A stretch of DNA of 64,000 nucleotides from a virus (lineage: Duplodnaviria > Caudoviricetes), in the IMG/VR virus record IMGVR_UViG_3300047292_000147, positions 6,378 through 70,377 of that record; one strand, written 5' to 3'. Below are positions 55,907 through 64,000 of the stretch, piece after piece. The notes below the pieces were generated by a model that did not search any database, was not told where the DNA came from, and worked only from the letters and a program-made list of their open reading frames with translations. The translations under genes and the position numbers were made by a program. Every line of letters starts with the position of its first letter. The first letter of the stretch is position 1.

Positions 55907-55911
55907 GGTGA

Positions 55912-56067
55912 TTACTCCTGGTTTGGTTGAGAGATGCCATCAAGGCGGACGTATTCCGCAATGACAGTGGAAGGCACTAGCCGCAGCAAAGAAGCAGCAG
56001 CCAGTGGCGTGATGCCAGCGCGATAGCACTGGTAGATGTTGGACATTTGAAAGGGAGAAGGTTTCAT
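55912..56067 (-). CDS. Early small HTH-like protein (51 aa)
   Basis: GGAG Shine-Dalgarno before MKPSPF; GITPLAAASLLRLVPSTVIAEY pattern. Confidence 0.5.
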   Translation of the reverse strand: MKPSPFQMSNIYQCYRAGITPLAAASLLRLVPSTVIAEYVRLDGISQPNQE

Positions 56068-56107
56068 AGAAGTCTCCAAGTGAGATGGGACATCCATCTC
56101 TTCCACC

Positions 56108-56122
56108 CCATGAGCGAAGCTC
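56108..56122 (-). promoter_or_regulatory. Candidate vRNAP hairpin promoter
   Basis: Template strand CCAT-GAGC-GAA-GCTC. Confidence 0.65.
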
Positions 56123-56300
56123 GATATATAGGGTAAATATCGGAATGGGTAGTGACATGTATGGAGGTAATGGAGTGGAGACTATTAGTGATCTGTTACT
56201 TTTCTCCACCTAATCACCATTATCCTAATCATCAACAGTGCGAGGAGCGCACCTCTTTCTATCTAAGGACTGACTATCTCCATGTGTAATGTGTTTGTGT

Positions 56301-56332
56301 AAAGACCTAAGCTCCCCGAAGGGAGCCTAGGT
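56301..56332 (-). terminator. UUCG-loop terminator after the first early gene
   Basis: ACCTAGGCTCCC-TTCG-GGGAGCTTAGGT followed by CTTT on the minus strand. Confidence 0.7.
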
Positions 56333-56545
56333 TTAGTTGACAGCAGCGAGCTGCTTCTCGGTGACACGTTGCTCTTTGAGCATGAGGTTCATGCCAGCTT
56401 GACGCTTGATGCGAGCCTCATCGGCCATAGCACCAGCACCTTCCTCTGCCCAGGTAGCGAGGTGGACACCAGCATTACCGATCTTCTCAGCAGCGATGAA
56501 GTAAGCGGTGAGCATGGCAAAGAAACGAGTAAACATCGTGATCAT
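56333..56545 (-). CDS. First early gene, small protein
   Basis: AAGGAG Shine-Dalgarno; terminator immediately after. Confidence 0.6.
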   Translation of the reverse strand: MITMFTRFFAMLTAYFIAAEKIGNAGVHLATWAEEGAGAMADEARIKRQAGMNLMLKEQRVTEKQLAAVN

Positions 56546-56797
56546 GGGAAACTCCTTAAGGGTTGAATGAACGGATGGCGATCAACACATCCACCACACG
56601 CCCGAAGGGCAAGAGAGGATGGAACAACAGGTGGGGTAGAGTAGGCAGGGAAACGGTGGAACAAGAGATGGGGGGGGGGGGATACTTGAGACGATCGAGC
56701 TGGGAGTGATAGTCCTGAGTTCATACCCCTCTGCAAAAATTCCCAAAACCCCACTGCTTATTTTTTAAGCAGCATTTCCGCTATACTCCGATCCCAT

Positions 56798-56872
56798 TGG
56801 CATATAGCTCAGCGGTAGAGCAGTCGGCTGTTAACCGACCGGTCTGTGGTTCGATCCCACATTTGCCAGCCA
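56798..56872 (+). tRNA. tRNA-Asn (GTT)
   Basis: Cloverleaf: TGGCATA acceptor (one T-T mismatch), GTCGG-CTGTTAA-CCGAC anticodon arm, GGTTCGATCC T-loop, encoded CCA. Confidence 0.9.
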
Positions 56873-56877
56873 GATTT

Positions 56878-56962
56878 GGATGCGTAGACCCGTAAGGAGC
56901 GGGGGTTGCCTGTAAAGCAGCTGTCTATGGCCCACTAGGTTCGATACCTAGAGCATCCACCA
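56878..56962 (+). tRNA. tRNA-Tyr (GTA)
   Basis: GGATGCG acceptor, GTTGC-CTGTAAA-GCAGC anticodon arm, long variable arm, GGTTCGATAC T-loop, encoded CCA. Confidence 0.85.
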
Positions 56963-57086
56963 ATTCCCCAGTAAATATGAAGGGATTGGTTTCTCCATAA
57001 AATGCGGCTTGTCCGCTCCCCCCACCCCCGGTTCCCATGGCTTCGCCCCTTTATATATAAGGGTTCGACTCTTGTAAGTTTTATGT

Positions 57087-57112
57087 AAGGCTCCTTTATA
57101 GGGGCCTTTTTT
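57087..57112 (+). terminator. Terminator after the tRNAs
   Basis: AAGGCTCCT-TTAT-AGGGGCCTT followed by a T run. Confidence 0.7.
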
Positions 57113-57163
57113 ATTTGGTTCTACTATACTCAGCCTATAAGCTAACCATGAGGAAGCCAAAAG

Positions 57164-57859
57164 ATGAGTGCTTTGACTATTGACCAGTTCAAACAGGCTC
57201 TCCCTGAGAAGGTGAAGAAGAGCATCAACCAAGAGTTGATTGACCAGATCAATACGACTCTCTCTGATCCCGAGATGTTTGAGAGCTATCGGGAGAACCT
57301 GCTGAGCTACACCAAGGTGATGGCTGATGGCCGGTTCAAGGTGGATTCGTATATCCAGGCCGTGAAGTACGTGAGCCACAAGCTGATGGGCTGCACGAAT
57401 ATCGAGGCTTACACGAAGACGTTCCCGGATAAGTACGCCCGGTTTGTGGCTCAGGGTGTTCAAGCCAAGGACATTGCCAGCTATGTGACGGCGTACAACA
57501 AGAGCAAGCTGGTGAACCTGATCTTCGAGCAGACGCTGATTCCCAGCTATGTGCTGAACCAGGATCTGTATCAGAGGGCCTTGAATGTGCAGGCCGATCT
57601 GATGGTGAACAGTGGTTCAGACAAGGTGCGGTGTGATGCGGCGAATAGTCTGCTGACGCACTTGAAGATGCCCGAGACCCAGAAGGTGGAGCTCGAGATC
57701 GGGGTCAAAGAGGATTCCAGCATTGGTGCTTTGAGGCAGGCAACTTTGGAGTTGGCTCGTGCGCAGAGGCTTGCCATGGAAGCTGGACAGATGAGCGCAC
57801 AGGAGGTGGCTCACGCCAAGATCGTCATTGATGTCGATGCCACGGAGGTGAATCCATGA
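57164..57859 (+). CDS. N4 gp69-like protein
   Basis: Upstream of the terminase as in N4; AVKYVSHKLMG...AYNKSKLV pattern. Confidence 0.7.
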   Translation: MSALTIDQFKQALPEKVKKSINQELIDQINTTLSDPEMFESYRENLLSYTKVMADGRFKVDSYIQAVKYVSHKLMGCTNIEAYTKTFPDKYARFVAQGVQAKDIASYVTAYNKSKLVNLIFEQTLIPSYVLNQDLYQRALNVQADLMVNSGSDKVRCDAANSLLTHLKMPETQKVELEIGVKEDSSIGALRQATLELARAQRLAMEAGQMSAQEVAHAKIVIDVDATEVNP

Positions 57860-58062
57860 GCAAGCTCGAATACGCCTGGTGGTGCTTTGTCTGTGCTGCT
57901 GTTCTCGGTGGAACCTGGGGTGGTTTGCTCTTTTGGTTCAATGAAACTCTTGGCTTGGTTGTAGGTACTTCGCTCTGGCTTTTCTCTTGGGTTATGTTGA
58001 TCAACATGGACAACGAAGAGGAGGAAAAGCCTCAACAAAACAGGCGGTTCAATGACCTTTGA
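57856..58062 (+). CDS. Small membrane protein
   Basis: GGAGG Shine-Dalgarno, ATGA overlap, two hydrophobic segments. Confidence 0.5.
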   Translation: MSKLEYAWWCFVCAAVLGGTWGGLLFWFNETLGLVVGTSLWLFSWVMLINMDNEEEEKPQQNRRFNDL

Positions 58063-59665
58063 TCCAGTAGCAGAAGCACTTGCACCTTGGAAGGTTGAGG
58101 ACTACCTCAACAACACCAGCTACGAACTTGACCTGAACTACGTCCCCAGCGACTTTGCTCTGGAGTTCGTCACGTTTATCAAGCTGGTCAATGGCCAGCA
58201 AGGTGAGGAGCACAAGACTCCGCTGGTTCACTACCGCATGCTCGACACCCTCACCGAAGGTGGTAAGCGGGTGATCAACCTCTGTCACCGAGGCATTGCC
58301 AAGACGACGGTGATGGGTGAGTACCTGTTCCTCTACATCGCCACCTACGGTGAGATCCCTGGCTTCGGCCGAGTGGACCTGGCGCTTTACGTCTCCGACT
58401 CGATCGAAAACGGTGTCAAGAACATGCGGAAGAACTTGGAATTCCGCTGGGACAACAGCGACTTCCTGAAGCAGTACGTCCCCGAGATCCGGTTCACGGA
58501 CATCCGCTGGGAGTTCAAGAACGCAGACGGCAAGGTGTTCATCGTCAAGGGCTACGGTGCAAAGACCGGTGTCCGAGGTGCCAAGGAAATGGGCAAGCGT
58601 CCTCAGCTGGCGGTGCTCGATGACTTGATCTCTGATGAGGATGCCCGGTCGACCACCGTGATTGCTGCTGTGGAGGACACAGTTTACAAGGCAGTCAACT
58701 ACGCCTTGCACCCGACCAAGAACATGATCATTTGGTCTGGCACACCGTTCAATGCGAAGGATCCGCTGTACAAGGCCGTGGAGTCTGGAGCCTGGGCGGT
58801 AAACGTCTTCCCGGTGTGCGAGCAGTATCCGTGCGAACGATCTGAGTTCCGTGGTTCATGGCCTGATCGATTCACGTATGACTACGTGAAAGAGCAGTAC
58901 GACAACGCAGTGAAGCTGGGCAAGGTCGAGACATTCAACCAGGAATTGATGCTGCGAATCATGTCTGAAGAAGACAGAATGATTCAGGACGGAGACATTG
59001 GTTGGTACAAGATCGATGCTGTGCTTCGGAACAAGAGCAAGTTCAACTTCTACATCACCACCGACTTTGCTACTTCACTGAAAGACAAGGCCGACTTCTC
59101 GGTGATCAGTGTCTGGGCCTACAACAACGTGGGTGATTGGCTCTGGGTAGATGGCGTCTGCAAACGTCAATTGATGGACAAGAATATCGATGCACTCTTC
59201 AGACTTGCTCAGCTCTACAAACCGCAGTCCGTGGGTATTGAGGTTACTGGTCAGCAGGGTGGATTCATCCAGTGGATCCAAGGACAAATGCTGGACCGGA
59301 ACATTTACTTCCCTCTTGCATCGGAAGGCAATGACAGCAAGCCGGGAATCCGGCCCAACACCAACAAGATGGTGCGTTTTAACACCGTGGTTCCTTTGTT
59401 CAAGGCACGCAAAGTCTTCTTCCCAATAGAACGGAAGCAGGAAGATACAATGCTGGAAGCCATGAATGAACTGAGCCTGGTTTCTGTTTCTGGCTTCAGA
59501 AGTAAGCACGATGACTTCCTCGACACGATCTCGATGCTGTCGTCACTTAATCCATGGAAACCATCGGAAGAAGCTCCAATGGTCGAATCAGGAAAAGGTG
59601 AGGGGATGTGGGACATCGATGTCGATGACGCCCCCATCGATCGAATGGCGTCGTACATCGTTTAA
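58052..59665 (+). CDS. terL: Terminase large subunit (N4 gp68-like)
   Basis: CHRGIAKTT Walker A, AVLDDL Walker B, WSGTP, ITTDFA nuclease Asp, KHDDFLD. Confidence 0.92.
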   Translation: MTFDPVAEALAPWKVEDYLNNTSYELDLNYVPSDFALEFVTFIKLVNGQQGEEHKTPLVHYRMLDTLTEGGKRVINLCHRGIAKTTVMGEYLFLYIATYGEIPGFGRVDLALYVSDSIENGVKNMRKNLEFRWDNSDFLKQYVPEIRFTDIRWEFKNADGKVFIVKGYGAKTGVRGAKEMGKRPQLAVLDDLISDEDARSTTVIAAVEDTVYKAVNYALHPTKNMIIWSGTPFNAKDPLYKAVESGAWAVNVFPVCEQYPCERSEFRGSWPDRFTYDYVKEQYDNAVKLGKVETFNQELMLRIMSEEDRMIQDGDIGWYKIDAVLRNKSKFNFYITTDFATSLKDKADFSVISVWAYNNVGDWLWVDGVCKRQLMDKNIDALFRLAQLYKPQSVGIEVTGQQGGFIQWIQGQMLDRNIYFPLASEGNDSKPGIRPNTNKMVRFNTVVPLFKARKVFFPIERKQEDTMLEAMNELSLVSVSGFRSKHDDFLDTISMLSSLNPWKPSEEAPMVESGKGEGMWDIDVDDAPIDRMASYIV

Positions 59666-59674
59666 GGAATGCCC

Positions 59675-60421
59675 ATGAAACTTCAAGAAGTCTTTGACCA
59701 GCTCACCCATGGCGAGCTATCGCAACTCAGCATTGGCGGAAATGAGGCAGGACTCATCAACCCAGCCAACTACAACCGCCTGGTTCCGCATGTGAATCTT
59801 GGCTTGACGGCGCTGTACAAGCGCTTTCCTCTGAAAGAGGGTCGTCTGATCCTTGAGCTGCAGAGTGGTCGAACCACGTACCCGATTCACAGCAACTATG
59901 CGGTGAGCAGCAGGACTTCCAGAGAAGCGGTTCGCTACATCAAGGACAGCATTGCGGCTCCGTTCAAGGACGACATCCACAAGATCGAACGGGTGTACAC
60001 CAGCCTGGGCCATGAGTTTGGCTTGAACGACGAAGGTGATCCTTACGGGATGTTCACGCCCAGTGCAGCCGTCCTTCGTGTGCCGGCCGACGTAGCTGCT
60101 CAGGTGATTGGTTTGCCGGATGAGCTGAAGTCTCCCCGCGTGGAGCTCGTGTACCGAGCCAACCATCCGCTGATTCTGGCTGATGGTGCGGATCTGGAGC
60201 CTGATTCCATCGAGCTCGAGTTGCCCTACAGCCATCTGGAGCCGCTGTTGTTCTACATCGCCAGCCGTGTGCACACACCGACCGGCATGACCAACGAGAC
60301 GAACATGGGGAACACCTACTTCGCCAAGTACGAAGCGTCTTGCCAGCAGCTGGAAACCACCAATCTGCGAGTTGATCAAGGTGGTCAAAGCGATCGCCTG
60401 TATCGCAACGGCTGGGTCTAA
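59675..60421 (+). CDS. N4 gp67-like virion structural protein
   Basis: MKLQEVFDQLTHGELS...NLGLTALYKRF; follows the terminase as in N4. Confidence 0.7.
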   Translation: MKLQEVFDQLTHGELSQLSIGGNEAGLINPANYNRLVPHVNLGLTALYKRFPLKEGRLILELQSGRTTYPIHSNYAVSSRTSREAVRYIKDSIAAPFKDDIHKIERVYTSLGHEFGLNDEGDPYGMFTPSAAVLRVPADVAAQVIGLPDELKSPRVELVYRANHPLILADGADLEPDSIELELPYSHLEPLLFYIASRVHTPTGMTNETNMGNTYFAKYEASCQQLETTNLRVDQGGQSDRLYRNGWV

Positions 60422-60430
60422 GGAGAAGCT

Positions 60431-60715
60431 ATGGCCGAGCGTGATCCCCGTCTTGAGCGTGCTGGTGTTTCTGGTTTCAACAAGCCAAAGCGAACGCCTG
60501 GCCATCCGACCAAGAGCCACGTTGTCGTGGCCAAGTCAGGTGTTCAGGTAAAGACGATCCGCTTTGGCCAACAAGGTGTATCAGGCAGTCCCAAGAAAGA
60601 TGGGGAGTCTGATTCCTACCGCAAGCGCCGTGAATCTTTCAAAGCCCGACATGCCAGCAACATTGCCAAAGGCAAGATGAGTGCGGCCTACTGGGCTGAC
60701 AAAGTGAAGTGGTAA
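60431..60715 (+). CDS. Small basic conserved phage protein (DUF6321-like)
   Basis: KSHVVVAK...KTIRFGQQG...RRESFKARH...SAAYWADKVKW. Confidence 0.6.
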   Translation: MAERDPRLERAGVSGFNKPKRTPGHPTKSHVVVAKSGVQVKTIRFGQQGVSGSPKKDGESDSYRKRRESFKARHASNIAKGKMSAAYWADKVKW

Positions 60716-60719
60716 AAGA

Positions 60720-60743
60720 AAAGGCCCCTTGATTGGGGCCTTT
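60720..60743. terminator. Bidirectional terminator
   Basis: AAAGGCCCC-TTGATT-GGGGCCTTT between convergent genes, with A/T runs on both sides. Confidence 0.75.
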
Positions 60744-60745
60744 GT

Positions 60746-61165
60746 TTATTTTCCGGTGGATCCGAATCCACCCGCACCGCGATTCGTCTCATCCAGAGAA
60801 TCGACCAGCTTCAAGGTAACGTCTGCGATGGGAACGATCATGAACTGCAGGATTCGGTCGCCAGCTTCCCAGCTGAATGGAATTCCAGACTTGGTTCGCA
60901 AGGCTGCTTTCCATTCTCCGCGATAATCGGAGTCAATCACTCCGCAAGTGTTGTTCAGTTCCACCCCGTGTTTAGCTCCGGTACTGGAACGAGGAAGCAA
61001 TAGACCTATATGGCCATCGGGAACTGCTGCTGCAAACCCTAAGCCAACCATCTGGGTCGATCCTACTGCAGTACCTGCTTTGGGCATATAGATGTCGAAG
61101 GCTCCGGCTTTGTCGGAAGCCTTTGTTGGCATAATAAACGCCGGGTGAAGAGATTGAATGTGCAT
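60746..61165 (-). CDS. dut: Trimeric dUTPase
   Basis: AGAFDI, LLPRSS, GVIDSDYRGE, RILQF, RGAGGFGSTG (motifs I-V). Confidence 0.92.
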   Translation of the reverse strand: MHIQSLHPAFIMPTKASDKAGAFDIYMPKAGTAVGSTQMVGLGFAAAVPDGHIGLLLPRSSTGAKHGVELNNTCGVIDSDYRGEWKAALRTKSGIPFSWEAGDRILQFMIVPIADVTLKLVDSLDETNRGAGGFGSTGK

Positions 61166-61222
61166 TCTGTTGCTCTGTTGAGTTGATGGGATGTTTACCG
61201 CTATTCGGAGAACGATTGAATT

Positions 61223-63391
61223 ATGAACCAACTGAACAAGGCTTCGGAAGTGGAAACAGCCCCACTCACCAATTGGAAAAACGCTCCGACTCTCCAGAAC
61301 CTGAAACAGGATCTACTGGATGCACAGTCGGTGCACGATGCACAGGAAACCAAGATCAGCGAATGGCTGGACAACCTGAATGTCACAGGTAAAGCCAAGA
61401 TCCAGACAGCCAAGGGCAACTCTGCGATCGTTCCCAAGCTGATCCGTAAGCAAGCCGAGTGGCGCTATGCCTCTCTGAGCGAGCCGTTCCTCAGCACCGA
61501 CGACATCTTCAACGTCAAGCCTGTGACCTGGGAGGATCGGAATGCCGCTCACCAGAATCAGCTGGTTCTGAACCACCAGTTCAACACGGCGATCGACAAG
61601 GTTCGATTCATTGACGAGTACGTCCGTGCTGCGGTGGACGAGGGCACGGTCATCGTTCGGGTGGGCTGGGAGTTCATCGAAGAGGAGTACACCGGCACCT
61701 TCCCCAAGGTCGAGTTCAGGGTAAACCCTGAGCTGGCACCCCTGCATGAGCACCTCCACCAGATGATGGAGGAGTCTCCCAGCGAGTACGAGACGGATGT
61801 TCCCGAGGAACTGAAGCAGGCCCACGAGCTCACGATGGAGCAGGGTCAGCCGATCGAACCTGTGATTGTTGGCGAGGTCGAAGAGAAGCGCATCCGCACG
61901 GTGTCCAATCGGCCGACGCTGGAAGTCTGTGACTACCGCAACGTGATCATCGATCCCACCTGCATGGGTGACATCGAGAAGGCCAACTTTGTGGTTTACA
62001 GCTTCGAGTCTTCGCTCTCCCAGCTGGAGAAAGAAGGCAAGAAGTACAAGAACCTGGACAAGATCAACATCTCGAACAGCTCGATCCTGGGTGTTCCGGA
62101 CCACCATTCTTCGGATGGTTCCAAGACCTTCAACTTCAGCGACGAACCCCGCAAGAAGTTCGTGGTGTACGAGTACTGGGGCTACTGGGACATTGACGGC
62201 ACTGGCATCGTCAAGCCATTCGTTGCTGCCTGGGTTGGCAACACGATGATCCGCCTGGAAGAGACGCCTTTCCCAGACGGGAAGATCCCGTTCGTTGTCG
62301 AGCAGTACCTGCCTGTGCGCAAGAGCACGTATGGCGAGCCAGATGGCGCTCTGCTGGAAGACAACCAGAAGGTCATCGGTGCGGTCACTCGAGGAATGAT
62401 CGACATCATGGGCAAGTCGGCCAATGGCCAGACAGGTCTTCGCAAGGACATGCTGGACACGACCAACAAGCGCAAGTTCGACAAGGGCCAGGACTACGAG
62501 TTCAACGCCAACGTCGATCCTCGCCAGGGTGTGTTCATGCACACCTACCCCGAGATCCCTGCATCGGCTCAGTTCATGCTGGGTCTGCAGAACCAGGAAG
62601 CCGAATCGCTGACAGGTGTGAAGTCCTACTCCGCTGGAGTGTCTGGAGCATCCCTGGGAGATGTGGCTGCAGGGGTTCGTGGGGCTCTGGACGCTGCTTC
62701 CAAGCGTGAGCTTGGCATCCTGCGTCGGCTGTCAAACGGCATCATCAAGATCGGCCGCAAGATGATCAGCATGAACGCTGAGTTCTTGTCTGATTCTGAG
62801 GTGATCCGCATCACCAACGACGAGTTTGCTGTCGTCAAGAAGGACGATCTGGCTGGAAACTTCGATCTGCGCTTGTCGATCTCCACTGCGGAAGAGGACA
62901 ACAACAAAGCTGAGCAGCTGGCTTTCCTTCTTCAGACCGTGGGTCCGAATTCAGACCCGGAAATGATGAAGATGATCCTGTCGGACATTGCCAAGCTGCG
63001 CAAAATGCCTGATTTGGCCAAGCGAATCGAGTCGTACCAGCCTCAACCTGACCCATTGGCTCAGGAAGAAGCCCAATTACGCATCGAACTGCTCAAAGCA
63101 CAGATTGCCAAAGAGAATGCACAGGCAATGAGCTACCAATCCGGCGCTCAACTGGACATGGCCAAGGCTGGAACCGAGCAAGTTAAGCAAGGAAACATCC
63201 AATCCGACACCGACATCAAGAATCTGGACTTCGTTGAACAGGAGTCTGGAGTGAAACAGGAACGAGCCAAGGAATTGCACGGGGAACAGGCTAGAAGCCA
63301 GGCTCAACTGAAGCTTATGGACCGCCAATTTGCGATAGAAGACCAAGATCGTGATCTTCTTAAAGAATACATCATGAAAAATGGTCAATAA
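61223..63391 (+). CDS. Portal protein (N4 gp59-like)
   Basis: 722 aa; PKLIRKQAEWRY..LSEPFL, EDNQKVIGAVTRGMID, RELGILRRL; N4 synteny. Confidence 0.9.
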   Translation: MNQLNKASEVETAPLTNWKNAPTLQNLKQDLLDAQSVHDAQETKISEWLDNLNVTGKAKIQTAKGNSAIVPKLIRKQAEWRYASLSEPFLSTDDIFNVKPVTWEDRNAAHQNQLVLNHQFNTAIDKVRFIDEYVRAAVDEGTVIVRVGWEFIEEEYTGTFPKVEFRVNPELAPLHEHLHQMMEESPSEYETDVPEELKQAHELTMEQGQPIEPVIVGEVEEKRIRTVSNRPTLEVCDYRNVIIDPTCMGDIEKANFVVYSFESSLSQLEKEGKKYKNLDKINISNSSILGVPDHHSSDGSKTFNFSDEPRKKFVVYEYWGYWDIDGTGIVKPFVAAWVGNTMIRLEETPFPDGKIPFVVEQYLPVRKSTYGEPDGALLEDNQKVIGAVTRGMIDIMGKSANGQTGLRKDMLDTTNKRKFDKGQDYEFNANVDPRQGVFMHTYPEIPASAQFMLGLQNQEAESLTGVKSYSAGVSGASLGDVAAGVRGALDAASKRELGILRRLSNGIIKIGRKMISMNAEFLSDSEVIRITNDEFAVVKKDDLAGNFDLRLSISTAEEDNNKAEQLAFLLQTVGPNSDPEMMKMILSDIAKLRKMPDLAKRIESYQPQPDPLAQEEAQLRIELLKAQIAKENAQAMSYQSGAQLDMAKAGTEQVKQGNIQSDTDIKNLDFVEQESGVKQERAKELHGEQARSQAQLKLMDRQFAIEDQDRDLLKEYIMKNGQ

Positions 63392-63464
63392 ATGCTTTAC
63401 ATTACGGGCTTGAAGCACTTAGGTGCTTCAAACTCTATTAACTTCAGAAAGCACTGGTAGACCC

Positions 63465-63812
63465 ATGAGTAACGCAACAATCCAAGCGATTGAAGACAAC
63501 ATTCGGCAGGCACAAAAGATCGTTGAAGTTGGAGAGGCGCTTGAGCGACTCAAAGCCAACAAGGATTTCAAGAAGGTCATGCTCGAAGGCTACTTTGAAC
63601 AAGAAGCCATTCGACTGGTTCACTTGAAGTCGGATCAAAACGTCCAAAGCCCTGACATGCAGAAATCCATCAACGCTCAAATCGAGGCCATTGGTGCCGT
63701 GAGCCAGTATTTCAGCACCGTCCTTCACAAAGCCTCGATTGCCCGTAAAGCCATCACTTCGGATGAAGAAGCCCGTGACGAAATCCTCGAAGAGGAGCTG
63801 AACAATGGCTGA
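63465..63812 (+). CDS. N4 gp58-like protein
   Basis: ALERLKANKDFKKV..EGYF follows the portal. Confidence 0.7.
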   Translation: MSNATIQAIEDNIRQAQKIVEVGEALERLKANKDFKKVMLEGYFEQEAIRLVHLKSDQNVQSPDMQKSINAQIEAIGAVSQYFSTVLHKASIARKAITSDEEARDEILEEELNNG

Positions 63813-64000
63813 TCCAACCAACGAAGCCGTCCAGCCCTCCTACCTGGAGATGTCGGACGAGGAAGTCATGAACAGCTCTTTCCCTGCAGAAGTTCCTGCA
63901 GCCGCTGAGGAAAAGACTGTTGATGAGGCTGACGACGAGCCTGCGGAAACTCCAGCTGCTGAAGCTGATGCTACCGAGGCGACGGACGCTGACGATGAGG
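63805..64000 (+). CDS. N4 gp57-like acidic protein (5' part, runs off the window)
   Basis: MADPTNEAVQPSYLEMSDEEVMN... open to the window end. Confidence 0.6.
   Translation, partial: MADPTNEAVQPSYLEMSDEEVMNSSFPAEVPAAAEEKTVDEADDEPAETPAAEADATEATDADDE

Noticed and set aside
57055-57075. Third tRNA (GGGTTCGACTC T-loop-like motif)
   Set aside because: I could not fold a convincing acceptor, D or anticodon arm around it; at most a decayed remnant.
1-64000. Integrated prophage with flanking host DNA
   Set aside because: No host housekeeping genes are seen and both sides of the att core are phage genes, which fits attP.

Overview
The whole 64 kb window is phage DNA from an N4-like podovirus (Schitoviridae-type); I recognise no host genes. 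It carries the N4 hallmarks: a 3588-aa virion RNA polymerase, a two-subunit RNAP II, family A DNA polymerase, Dda-like helicase, primase, SSB, an AAA/vWA pair, terminase and portal. The window is circularly permuted: it opens in the gp52/gp51/vRNAP block and ends in portal/gp58/gp57, so the major capsid region lies outside it. Five observations stand out. (1) A textbook -1 frameshift signal (A_AAA_AAG, 6-nt spacer, strong hairpin or possible pseudoknot) would fuse the gp51-position ejection protein to an intact thermonuclease domain. (2) A lysogeny module (tyrosine integrase, DUF4224-type excisionase, and an attP with a 48-bp tRNA-Arg(ACG) 3' core, arm repeats and two perfect IHF consensus sites) suggests a temperate N4-like phage, seen here in non-integrated form. 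(3) The vRNAP has Phe at the motif-B Tyr position that discriminates rNTP from dNTP. (4) Three CCAT-N4-GRA-N4' template-strand hairpins upstream of early genes look like this phage's vRNAP promoters. (5) The phage encodes H-NS. A roughly 15 kb tail-fibre/lysis block sits on the opposite strand between thyX and attP. The att core and H-NS type point to a betaproteobacterial (Burkholderiales-like) host, which is inference. All product names come from motif recognition and synteny; no database searches were run.
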